From the sequence record MW879344.1: a stretch of 64,000 bases of DNA, one strand, 5' to 3'. This document shows, one piece after another, positions 1 through 7,432 of the stretch (positions are counted from its first letter, which is position 1; the number at the start of each line of letters is the position of its first letter). The notes under the pieces were generated by a model that saw nothing but the letters and a program-made list of their open reading frames with translations, did not search any database and was not told the origin of the DNA. The position numbers and the translations under genes were made by a program.

Positions 1-268
1 TATCTTCTCCTGAAGTCGCATAGTACTTCGCACTTTTTGTTCAATCACCTTTTTTCAAAAATGATAACATGAGGTTCAGGAAAATCTCGAAGGTACGTGA
101 AATCAAATACGAATTCTAAAAAATTTGGAGTACCCTCTAGACTTTTGCTGCGATCTCGAAAGTACAAAAAACATATAAGGAAGTGTGAAAATTTTATTGA
201 ATTGAAAAGTACTAAAGTACTATTTTGTACTGTACAAAAACACAGTACAAAATTAATTGAAATAAACC

Positions 269-297
269 TTGACGTGTTACGGGTGCGATGATATGAT
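269..297 (+). promoter_or_regulatory. sigma70-like promoter (extended -10) driving an ORF-less transcript
   Basis: TTGACG(269-274)-17 nt-TATGAT(292-297), preceded by TGn. Confidence 0.65.
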
Positions 298-303
298 GTA
301 TCC

Positions 304-566
304 AAGATGAAGAACACAGTTAGACACCTCTCTCGTTGACGCTGTATGAATCATCTAGTACTGGTAAATTGCCGAACATGTTGCCGCATGTTATTACTGG
401 TACGAAATGGGAATACCTTATTCCCCTCTCTCTTTCTCGCTATTGTTCAGGAAAGATTTAGTACTGAACGTTTGGAAGTAATACTGTACTAATTAGGATA
501 GTACTTTATAATGAGTTCTCATGAAGCACACGCTGGAGAATACATTATAAAGTACTATCCTTTTTT
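304..566 (+). ncRNA. Candidate structured RNA
   Basis: Lies between promoter 269-297 and hairpin+T6 at 495-566; internal stems with G-U wobbles (~357-408); no SD-led ORF. Confidence 0.35.
495..566 (+). terminator. Long hairpin/intrinsic terminator (19-bp perfect inverted repeat)
   Basis: AGGATAGTACTTTATAATG(495-513)/CATTATAAAGTACTATCCT(543-561), then T-run. Confidence 0.6.
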
Positions 567-667
567 GCATTGTACTATAAGAATAGAAGTACTGATAGAG
601 TACCTTTTGATAGATGGATTTGTTTTGAGGATTGTCTGAATTTTGGGTGTACTATCCCTATCTGCTA

Positions 668-795
668 TCTATAGATGGATAGACTTCTGGCAGTGTAGAT
701 GTATAGATGGTTGAACGTCTAGACAGCTATCCTTCTGGATGGCTAAATGTCTAGACTTCTAGATGGTTATCCCTCTAGACGTTTAGACGGCTAAA
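668..795. repeat. Degenerate 8-bp tandem array, 16 units, consensus ~YKKCTAGA
   Basis: Units in register: tctataga tggataga cttctggc agtgtaga tgtataga tggttgaa cgtctaga cagctatc cttctgga tggctaaa tgtctaga cttctaga tggttatc cctctaga cgtttaga cggctaaa. Confidence 0.7.
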
Positions 796-887
796 CGCTT
801 TTTTGTCTCGATTTTCCATTAGTTCCCCTTCCGCGTCTAGTTAGTACTAGGCAGAATCGAAAGGCGTCTTTTCGTGTTGACAGAGCT

Positions 888-916
888 ATATTATCAAACG
901 GTGATCCATTATGCAA
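888..916 (-). promoter_or_regulatory. Leftward sigma70-like promoter reading into the 8-bp array
   Basis: Minus strand TTGCAT-17-TAATAT. Confidence 0.5.
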
Positions 917-981
917 GGACTTTTTTCAATAAAAATAAATTTGACAAGTACAAACCGGATGTAGTACTATAATCACAACAA

Positions 982-1021
982 AGAGAAATTTGTAGCCCAC
1001 AGGGTGCCAAGATCCGCCTAT
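982..1021 (+). repeat. Promoter-proximal tripartite element, copy A
   Basis: AGAGAAAT..CCCACAGGGT..CTAT, 11 nt after -10 TACTAT(965-970); -35 TTGACA(941-946). Confidence 0.8.
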
Positions 1022-1056
1022 TAGAAATTAAATGCGAATGAGAATCATTACCGATT

Positions 1057-1097
1057 ATAGGTATATCTCCACACCCTCTGGGGTATCCGATTTCTCT
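1057..1097 (-). repeat. Tripartite element, copy A' (convergent with A)
   Basis: Minus strand AGAGAAAT..CCCCAGAGGGT..CTAT, 11 nt after TTGCAT-17-TATTAT (1109-1137). Confidence 0.8.
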
Positions 1098-1180
1098 CGT
1101 CTGAAATAATAATATCAAAGTACGGTATAAGATGCAAGGACTTTTTTCGTTTTTGGTGAAAATAGTTTAGATCGTTGTAT

Positions 1181-1325
1181 ACGTATAAAGGAAAGGATTT
1201 AAAAGGCGTACAGGTGGAGCGGGGCGAATGTATAGCAGTACTATATAAACGCCGTGTAATGGTTCCTATGCGTTATATGGGGGCGTGTACACGTATAAAG
1301 GAAAGAAACCATATAGCAGAACTAT
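1181..1325. repeat. Pair of short direct repeats in non-coding DNA
   Basis: ACGTATAAAGGAAAG at 1181-1195 and 1291-1305; TATAGCAG(T/A)ACTAT at 1231-1244 and 1312-1325. Confidence 0.6.
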
Positions 1326-1391
1326 TTTTAAAAAGATTGCATAAAGTACTTGCAAAGGTTTACCGGTATGATAATATCTATCTCGTCAACA

Positions 1392-1423
1392 CGACACCGC
1401 TCTTTAACAACTTGCTAGACAAT
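1392..1423 (+). promoter_or_regulatory. rrn-type boxA (NusB/NusE) antitermination site
   Basis: CGACACCGCTCTTTAACAACTTGCTAGACAAT vs E. coli rrn leader CGGCACTGCTCTTTAACAATTTATCAGACAAT (recalled from memory), 26/32 identical; boxA core GCTCTTTAACA exact; weak promoter TTGCAA(1350)/TAATAT(1372) upstream. Confidence 0.7.
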
Positions 1424-1479
1424 TACTTGATAGTGATTCTTCTCTTTAGAAATAAGGAAAAAGAAAAACAAAAAAGTAC

Positions 1480-1507
1480 TTGACAGCAAGAATGGAAAGT
1501 GTAGAAT
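1480..1507 (+). promoter_or_regulatory. sigma70-like promoter with A-rich UP element
   Basis: AAAAAGTAC-TTGACA-16-TAGAAT. Confidence 0.6.
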
Positions 1508-1514
1508 GTTGGTT

Positions 1515-1655
1515 ATCGAAAGGCGGTAAGGTTCGCCGGATGATAGGAAAGGGTAACAGGGCAAAATAAAGTACTGTTGCAGTGTGAAGCCGAAAGTGCT
1601 CACATAGCCTTATAAAAAGCTTACTAACTGTAAGTGACCTATCTACCGCCTAACG
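1515..1655 (+). ncRNA. Candidate multi-branched structured RNA (~140 nt)
   Basis: Closing stems AGGCGGTA(1521-28)/TACCGCCT(1644-51) and GATAGG(1542-47)/CCTATC(1638-43) enclose three hairpins, one with a GAAA tetraloop; own promoter; no ORF. Confidence 0.45.
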
Positions 1656-1784
1656 ATGTAACAAAAAAAGTTTCTAAGAAGTTGAAAAAAGTACTTGACG
1701 GATAGAAACGAAACGTAGTAATATGTGTTCAAGCCAAACGGCTTACCAAACAAACTAAACTAAACTTTTAAGAGGATTTAAATC

Positions 1785-2450
1785 ATGACTACTACCAACA
1801 ACGCAAAAGCTACCCGTATCACTCTGAACTCTATCGTTTTCGCCAATGCTCCAGTACTGGCAGCGGTTGCCGAAGGTGAACAGCCTCACAGCAAAGAAGT
1901 GATCGCACAGCACAAAACGCAGGTAGCGGAGTTTGTTGCAAATCAGGGTAAAGAACTGGCTGGCTACATTCTCGGCAAAGTTGAAACCCCTGACGTGATT
2001 CTGGCGATTCTGAAAGAAGCCGCTAAACAGGTTCCAGCAGTACAGAAACAACTGGCAGAAGAAGCCGCGAAAGCTGAAGCCGAAGCCGAAGCACAGCGTA
2101 AAAAAGACGCTGAAGCCGCTGAAGCGAAACGCAAAGCTGATGAAGAAGCACTTCAGGCCGAAAAAGATAAAATGTTGAAAATCCTTACTGATAGCGGTCT
2201 GGATCTGGAAATCGCTCAAACAATGGTCGCCGCTGGCCTGAAAGCAAAAGCACCAGCAAACGCACCGAAAAACAGCTACGAACGTGTAGCGGTAACGGTG
2301 AACGGCAAAGGCTATGATGTTCCAGTACGTGGGAACATGAGCGAAGAACTCAAAGCACTGGTTGCTAAAGACGGCGGGGATCGTGAAGCGTTTATCAACA
2401 AATACCGCAACGAACCAGCACCAGCAGCAGAAACCAACACCGCCGAATAA
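1785..2450 (+). CDS. Possible H-NS-like nucleoid/DNA-binding protein (221 aa)
   Basis: SD GAGGA; promoter TTGACG at 1695; Ala/Glu/Lys coiled coil, then LTDSGLDLE and a C-terminal TVNGKGYDVPVRGN..LKALVAKDG..EAFI resembling the H-NS DNA-binding domain; function tentative. Confidence 0.5.
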   Translation: MTTTNNAKATRITLNSIVFANAPVLAAVAEGEQPHSKEVIAQHKTQVAEFVANQGKELAGYILGKVETPDVILAILKEAAKQVPAVQKQLAEEAAKAEAEAEAQRKKDAEAAEAKRKADEEALQAEKDKMLKILTDSGLDLEIAQTMVAAGLKAKAPANAPKNSYERVAVTVNGKGYDVPVRGNMSEELKALVAKDGGDREAFINKYRNEPAPAAETNTAE

Positions 2451-2470
2451 TATCACGGCGTAACGCAAAA

Positions 2471-2490
2471 GGGGGCTAGTTAGCCCCCTA
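2471..2490 (+). terminator. GC-rich hairpin after the first gene
   Basis: GGGGGCTA-GT-TAGCCCCC; no clear U-run. Confidence 0.45.
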
Positions 2491-2562
2491 AGCCGTTCTA
2501 ACAGTACTGTAATGCAATCGGTTATAGTACTGTTAGAAACGCTTAAAACAGCGTACATTAAG

Positions 2563-2620
2563 GATTATCTGATAAATAAAAACGGTTGAAGTAATAACAA
2601 GCGTTTTTATAAGGATAATC
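2563..2620 (+). promoter_or_regulatory. SD-sequestering hairpin with late-promoter-like GATAAATA in the left arm
   Basis: GATTATCT/GGATAATC and TAAAAACG/CGTTTTTA stems; SD AAGGA at 2611-2615 partly paired. Confidence 0.5.
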
Positions 2621-2622
2621 AA

Positions 2623-3039
2623 ATGGGAAAACATTTATATAGGAAACCAGAACCCGCAAACGTTCAAGGCGTTTGCTGCGTAGAAGGTTGTAACAACTTA
2701 CAACAAGTAGTTAGAAAGGGCAAGTTTGGCCCATTGTGTTCACCTTGTGATCGTGCAAGGTACAACACAAAAGAAAAAGAGAAGTATGCAGGACTTACCA
2801 AATTATACGGACTAAGTAAAGAACAATATGATCTAATGTTGAGTGAGCAAAATCATTCTTGTTATATATGCGGTATAAAGGATATTGATTGCCCAAAATC
2901 AGTTTTACATGTAGATCATGATCACAGTACTGGAAAGATACGCGGTTTATTATGCCATCATTGCAATACTGGATTAGGACACTTTAAAGACAATGTAGAA
3001 CTGTTACAGAAAGCAATTGAGTACTTAAATCTTAATTGA
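2623..3039 (+). CDS. Endonuclease VII-family nuclease
   Basis: YGLSKEQYDLMLSEQNHSCYICG..LHVDHDHSTGKIRGLLCHHCNTGLGHFKDN: Zn-binding and His-Me motifs of the T4 gp49 family. Confidence 0.9.
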   Translation: MGKHLYRKPEPANVQGVCCVEGCNNLQQVVRKGKFGPLCSPCDRARYNTKEKEKYAGLTKLYGLSKEQYDLMLSEQNHSCYICGIKDIDCPKSVLHVDHDHSTGKIRGLLCHHCNTGLGHFKDNVELLQKAIEYLNLN

Positions 3040-3050
3040 GAGCGTAACAC

Positions 3051-3320
3051 ATGGAACTAAAACCAATTTCTGATCTGATTGATCGCAGTACTCGGATCGC
3101 CAGAACGATGACCGCCACCAGCCCGACAACATCGGTTTATAGTGGTTATCTGGCGTTTGTAGTTAATGGCGAATTAGTACAACGCAGGATCTACGATATG
3201 GCATATAATCATCTTTATGATTCTTGTATGTTCATAACTCACAAGAAAGTTAATTATGCCGTAAATCTTCCATGTAAGCCCCTTAGCGGTGCGTTTAACG
3301 CTGAATCACTAAAGGCATAA
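3051..3320 (+). CDS. Hypothetical protein
   Basis: ORF with SD-like GAG; followed by terminator 3331-3365. Confidence 0.6.
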   Translation: MELKPISDLIDRSTRIARTMTATSPTTSVYSGYLAFVVNGELVQRRIYDMAYNHLYDSCMFITHKKVNYAVNLPCKPLSGAFNAESLKA

Positions 3321-3330
3321 GGTAACATGT

Positions 3331-3365
3331 AAAACCGTGTAGGATCGTTCCTATGCGGTTTTTTT
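3331..3365 (+). terminator. Intrinsic terminator
   Basis: AAAACCGTGTAGGA/TCCTATGCGGTTTT + T-run. Confidence 0.7.
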
Positions 3366-3440
3366 ATTTGTCGAAAGTACTTGCAATAAGTTTTAAGTAC
3401 TGTAGAATATCCTATATCGAAACAACACGGAGTAAATGAA

Positions 3441-3665
3441 ATGAGATTAAGTAAACTGTTAGCGGAGTTGTCGAAGGTTGCAGAACTTGCGAAAGTACAC
3501 GGCAACAATGATCCCGATATTTCTTTTTGGCATGATGAAATTGAAACAATCGAACATTTAGAAGTATCATTCCCGCAAGATCTGGATGATGCCAGAATAC
3601 CGACTAAAGTACTATCGGCAACTGAGAAAGGAAACTTTTCATTTAGATTAGTACTACCAGAATAA
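3441..3665 (+). CDS. Hypothetical early protein
   Basis: SD GGAG; own promoter TTGCAA/TAGAAT 3381-3408. Confidence 0.75.
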   Translation: MRLSKLLAELSKVAELAKVHGNNDPDISFWHDEIETIEHLEVSFPQDLDDARIPTKVLSATEKGNFSFRLVLPE

Positions 3666-3723
3666 TCTTTACAAAAATGGGGTTGACAGCCAGCCCCAAA
3701 AAATGCAATAATATATACAAGCC

Positions 3724-3764
3724 AGAGAAATGGCGTAACCCACAGGGTGCAGAGATCCGTCCGT
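3724..3764 (+). repeat. Tripartite element, copy B
   Basis: AGAGAAAT..CCCACAGGGT..CCGT, 11 nt after TTGACA(3683)-18-AATAAT(3707-12). Confidence 0.8.
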
Positions 3765-3781
3765 AGAAAATTCAGTACTTA

Positions 3782-3822
3782 ATAGATATATCTCGGCACC
3801 CTCTAGGGTATCCGATTTCTCT
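3782..3822 (-). repeat. Tripartite element, copy B' (convergent with B)
   Basis: Minus strand AGAGAAAT..CCCTAGAGGGT..CTAT, 11 nt after TTGCTT-17-CATAAT. Confidence 0.8.
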
Positions 3823-3967
3823 CGTATGTAAGTATTATGCCAGTACTGAGAACATAAAGCAAGGGGTAAACGAAAATAAAAATTAAAATTCAAATGAAAA
3901 AAGTACTTGCATTAAGTTTTAAGTATTGTATACTTACCTTATCGAAACAAATGAAAGGATTTAAGAA

Positions 3968-4360
3968 ATGGAACGTAATGAGCAATTTAGATTAGTTCTT
4001 GAAGTACTGGAAAACATGCAAGCTTGTTTAGATGTTAATGATACATATGTGCGTATCAATGGCAAGAGTTTTAATCTTAATCGACATGCGGGGATCTGCT
4101 GGCATGTTCTCGCCTATACTCCTAATAGTGATTATTCAGGTATTGGGTTAGAATATCTTTCCCCGTTGTTTGTTAGTATGGGCTTACATCCTCATTATCC
4201 TGTAGAAATGCAGATCGTTAATGAGTTAGATCAAGCCCGTTGGATTCATTCAAAAGCAACAGATCAATATAATATCTTGGGCGAAGAAGGAAAGATCCGC
4301 CGTAAACTTTTAAAGGATTTGATTCAGTACTATAAAAAAGAGCTTGCAATTGAATCGTAA
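3968..4360 (+). CDS. Hypothetical early protein
   Basis: SD AAGGA; own promoter at ~3908-3935. Confidence 0.75.
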   Translation: MERNEQFRLVLEVLENMQACLDVNDTYVRINGKSFNLNRHAGICWHVLAYTPNSDYSGIGLEYLSPLFVSMGLHPHYPVEMQIVNELDQARWIHSKATDQYNILGEEGKIRRKLLKDLIQYYKKELAIES

Positions 4361-4399
4361 TACTGTATAATCTTTTATATCGAAACGGGAGATATAATC

Positions 4400-4855
4400 A
4401 TGAATAGCAAACAATTTCAAGATGCAACAAGAGAAGCCTTTTTGAAGTACTTCCCAAATGGCTACATTGGTATTTCTAAATTGTCAATTGGTGGCGGTTG
4501 TGGTATCTTCTGCGGGTTGATTGGTGACATTAATGATGTGGGCGGGAAGATCCGCATGAATGACCCAATGACAGTACGGGCATTCATTCATGATAATTTT
4601 TCATTCAATGACGAAACAACTGATTTAGAAAATGTTGTTATCGAATTCGATGGATCTTGGATCTCAGTACTTCCAGACAATCCACACAATTATTGTCAAT
4701 CTCACAAGGTGCCTAGTCGCAAGATTAACGCGGAGCCGTCAAAGGCATTAATTAATCTAGATAAGTACTTTAAACGCTTAAAGGATAGTGTAACCGAACA
4801 AGCTGGATTGAATCGTATTATTCAGCAAGAAAAGATCCCCGCAAAATATCTATAA
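4400..4855 (+). CDS. Hypothetical early protein
   Basis: SD GGGAG; own promoter. Confidence 0.8.
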   Translation: MNSKQFQDATREAFLKYFPNGYIGISKLSIGGGCGIFCGLIGDINDVGGKIRMNDPMTVRAFIHDNFSFNDETTDLENVVIEFDGSWISVLPDNPHNYCQSHKVPSRKINAEPSKALINLDKYFKRLKDSVTEQAGLNRIIQQEKIPAKYL

Positions 4856-4867
4856 TATATTGTCAAA

Positions 4868-4901
4868 AGTACTTGCATTAAAGTAGCGAGTACTTTACAA
4901 T
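4868..4901 (+). promoter_or_regulatory. Representative AGTACT-flanked sigma70 promoter
   Basis: AGTACT(4868)-TTGCAT(4873)-17-TACAAT(4896) with a second AGTACT at 4889; same layout at 3376, 5864, 7725, 8213, 11116, 13861, 16281. Confidence 0.75.
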
Positions 4902-4930
4902 AAGTTATCGTTAAGTGAGAGGATAAAAAA

Positions 4931-5065
4931 ATGTCAAAGATTGAAGCTTACAGAGCTGGACTGTATATGTTTACAGTACCGCCAGTAATAACCAACGCAT
5001 GGAAAGAAGTTGATTGGATCAATTTTATTGATTCTAATGGTAAATGGATGGTTCCTGTAGTATAA
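4931..5065 (+). CDS. Small hypothetical protein (44 aa, not in ORF track)
   Basis: SD GAGGA, MSKIEAYRAG...WMVPVV. Confidence 0.55.
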   Translation: MSKIEAYRAGLYMFTVPPVITNAWKEVDWINFIDSNGKWMVPVV

Positions 5066-5085
5066 TTTTAATTGAGGGTTTTACT

Positions 5086-5490
5086 ATGTTTTTACATGTA
5101 CGTGGTTTTGCTGGTGGCGGTTTCTGCTTTATGATTGATGATAAAGCGGTATCAGTACAAGAAGCATTGATCCAGAATGGTGGACGTTTCCACAAGGCAA
5201 CAATAAACGCATTGAACAGAAAGAACCTTTTTAATGAGTCAGATTTAAAAGCCTTTGAAGTACTGGCAGAATCATTACATAAAGGTTTAACGCCTTGCTC
5301 CATTCGTCAAATCCTGCGTAATGATTACGGGATCGACGTGTTAAAAACTGATTACCTTATGTTATCATCTTCTCAGGTTGAAGATCTTAAAACGGTTTAT
5401 AAGTACGCACGTTATAAGGTTCCTACGGGTTACGTATTGAAACATTCGCCAATGTACTACTTTTACAGGTATTTGAGCAACGTAAAATAA
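5086..5490 (+). CDS. Hypothetical early protein
   Basis: SD GAGGG before MFLHVRG. Confidence 0.75.
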   Translation: MFLHVRGFAGGGFCFMIDDKAVSVQEALIQNGGRFHKATINALNRKNLFNESDLKAFEVLAESLHKGLTPCSIRQILRNDYGIDVLKTDYLMLSSSQVEDLKTVYKYARYKVPTGYVLKHSPMYYFYRYLSNVK

Positions 5491-5495
5491 TTTAA

Positions 5496-5533
5496 AAAAG
5501 GGGTTGACTTCGGTCAGCCCTTTGTAGTACTAT
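5496..5533 (+). promoter_or_regulatory. Terminator-promoter cassette (PeSL-like)
   Basis: GGGGTTGAC-TTCG-GTCAGCCC-TTT hairpin containing -35 TTGACT(5504), -10 TACTAT(5528). Confidence 0.7.
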
Positions 5534-5544
5534 AGTATCACTCC

Positions 5545-5586
5545 AGCGAAATGGACTAACCCTATAGGGTGTAGTACTGTACCTAT
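5545..5586 (+). repeat. Tripartite element, copy C
   Basis: AGCGAAATGGACTAACCCTATAGGGT..CTAT, 11 nt after -10. Confidence 0.85.
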
Positions 5587-5679
5587 AATAAAAATAATTA
5601 AAATTCAAATGAAAAAGTACTTGCATTACGTATTGAGTCATGTATAATCATTATATCGAAAGCAAACGAGGATTTAACG

Positions 5680-5856
5680 ATGGATCATTTAATCGCATTA
5701 CTTAATGCCTTTTGTATTAAACATGGGTTAGTACCTGCTAGTGCCGATGAAATGCTAATCGAGTATTTGGGTACTGAAAATCCAGATCCTGCAATTGTTT
5801 CATGGTTACAAGCTTATATTGTACTGTGGGACTGTACAAGTGATTTAGGTTTATAA
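5680..5856 (+). CDS. Small hypothetical protein (58 aa, not in ORF track)
   Basis: SD GAGGA, own promoter; MDHLIALLN... Confidence 0.6.
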   Translation: MDHLIALLNAFCIKHGLVPASADEMLIEYLGTENPDPAIVSWLQAYIVLWDCTSDLGL

Positions 5857-5928
5857 TTAAAATAGTACTTGCAATAATATGTGAGTACTGTATAATTCTT
5901 TATATCGAAAACAAACGAGGATTTTTAA

Positions 5929-6357
5929 ATGAGAACATGTAAAGAGTGTGGTAATGATTGCAAGTTAGATGTAAATGAAATCGTTAACCATTATAACGAA
6001 GATGGGAAGATTGATTTTGATTTAGATGCGGATCATGTTGCAATTCCTGAATTAACCGACGCCGAAAGTAATATGCAAAATCCAGTACTACAAACGGCAT
6101 TCAATTTTTCCGGTGATGTACCTTGCATTAACTACGGGTTCAATTCTGGCGGTTATGAAAAATTCCAGTACTTTATTTGTGCTGATGGTGGTTGTTTAGG
6201 GATCGGGACTGTAATTAATGAGTTCCATAAAGTGAACTTTAATGATCCTGATGATAAGCAATGGTATATCGTAGGGGTTGAAGTTAATTACGAAAATACC
6301 GAACTGGTAGACGATCACACAGGGGATTACATACCAGCAGCATACAGCGAAAACTAA
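5929..6357 (+). CDS. Hypothetical early protein
   Basis: SD GAGGA; own promoter 5869-5896. Confidence 0.75.
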   Translation: MRTCKECGNDCKLDVNEIVNHYNEDGKIDFDLDADHVAIPELTDAESNMQNPVLQTAFNFSGDVPCINYGFNSGGYEKFQYFICADGGCLGIGTVINEFHKVNFNDPDDKQWYIVGVEVNYENTELVDDHTGDYIPAAYSEN

Positions 6358-6397
6358 ACAAAAGCAAAGGGGATCTATGATCCCCTTTTGAGGTTAT

Positions 6398-6661
6398 ATG
6401 AATTTACATTATTGTACCAGAAAATTAGTTGTTGCTTTTGATTGTAGTTCTGATAAAATACATTGTGTAATATACAGAAAGGGAACACCACGCACAGATC
6501 ACTGGAAAGTACTGCAATCCTATACAATGCAACGTAAAGGGTTTAAGCACCTTGATAGCAGGACACAAAAGGCATGTTTACGGCAAGTACTTAAAGTTAT
6601 GCGTAATCGTATTACACAGGCGTTACATGTTGCATTAACTACCAAGGATATGATAGAATGA
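6398..6661 (+). CDS. Hypothetical basic protein
   Basis: SD GAGG. Confidence 0.65.
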   Translation: MNLHYCTRKLVVAFDCSSDKIHCVIYRKGTPRTDHWKVLQSYTMQRKGFKHLDSRTQKACLRQVLKVMRNRITQALHVALTTKDMIE

Positions 6662-6825
6662 AATATGTAATCTATTATGATCGCAGTACTAAAAGCTGGT
6701 GGGGGTACTGGATTGATGAAAATGAAAATCAGTTAGGTGAAGCTGTTTTTGAATATCAAAAAGAAGATTGCCTGATACTCTTAGGAGAAGTCAAGGAAAA
6801 TCGTCGGAATTTAATTCAAAAATAA
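6658..6825 (+). CDS. Small hypothetical protein (55 aa, not in ORF track)
   Basis: ATGA overlap with upstream stop; MKYVIYYDRSTKSWWGYW. Confidence 0.55.
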   Translation: MKYVIYYDRSTKSWWGYWIDENENQLGEAVFEYQKEDCLILLGEVKENRRNLIQK

Positions 6826-6878
6826 ATGAAAAAAGTACTTGCATTCATGTGAGTACTTTTATATAATACTTACATCGA

Positions 6879-6920
6879 AGCGAAATTCGAATTGCCCACA
6901 GGGTGCGGAAGTATATCTAT
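6879..6920 (+). repeat. Tripartite element, copy D
   Basis: AGCGAAAT..CCCACAGGGT..CTAT, 11 nt after TTGCAT-17-TATAAT(6862-67). Confidence 0.85.
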
Positions 6921-7090
6921 AAAAAAGAATTAAAATTTAAATGAAAAAGTACTTGCATTAGATCGTGGATATGGTATTATAACTACATCGAAAGGCACTA
7001 AGGAAACAAATATGAAACGCTGGCATGAAGTACTGTTGTTCGTTTTGTTTATTCTGGTAACTTGTGTAAATTTTAATTGAGAGGTTCAAA

Positions 7091-7330
7091 ATGTCTTTAT
7101 ATAAAGTAGTAGTGAACTGTATTAGTGTTGGTATGGCTGGATCTCATACTCTGTTAGTATCTGGTGACTTCCCGCATATTAACGAGGCAAGAATAGGGAT
7201 CAATGAGTGGGCGGCTAATGAGTACGCCGGACGCTTAGATGTTAACGTAACATTTTTGAATCATTCAGATCAAATTTATGTTACTGATTTGAAATCATCA
7301 GATTATGATAAAGTTATTATAATGCGTTAA
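7091..7330 (+). CDS. Hypothetical protein
   Basis: SD GAGG. Confidence 0.7.
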   Translation: MSLYKVVVNCISVGMAGSHTLLVSGDFPHINEARIGINEWAANEYAGRLDVNVTFLNHSDQIYVTDLKSSDYDKVIIMR

Positions 7331-7432
7331 CTATATTATCAAAAGTACTGGACAAATCAACATCATTAGAGTATCATCTTTGTATCGAAGAAGATTGGTA
7401 TTGTTAATTAACTTTTAAGTGAGATATAATTA

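Noticed and set aside
690-830. Minus-strand ORF with SD (MENRDKKAFSRLNV) read through TAG codons as stop-codon recoding
   Set aside because: The TAGs come from the 8-bp repeat; other genes end normally at TAG (e.g. 25903) and no genome-wide recoding is evident.
45-1603. Track ORFs 45-317, 97-291, 909-1118, 1175-1483 and 1415-1603
   Set aside because: No SD, non-ATG starts or biased composition; they overlap promoters, repeats and boxA.
1553-1612. c-di-GMP-I riboswitch or hammerhead resemblance (ACAGGGCAAA, GGATGA, GAAA)
   Set aside because: Motifs are in the wrong spacing and pairing context, and the hammerhead CUGAUGA core is absent.
5881-6860. AGTACT sites as SlmA-binding sequences (GTGAGTACTCAC)
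   Set aside because: Only the core or left half matches (e.g. GTGAGTACTG, GTGAGTACTT); I saw no full palindrome.
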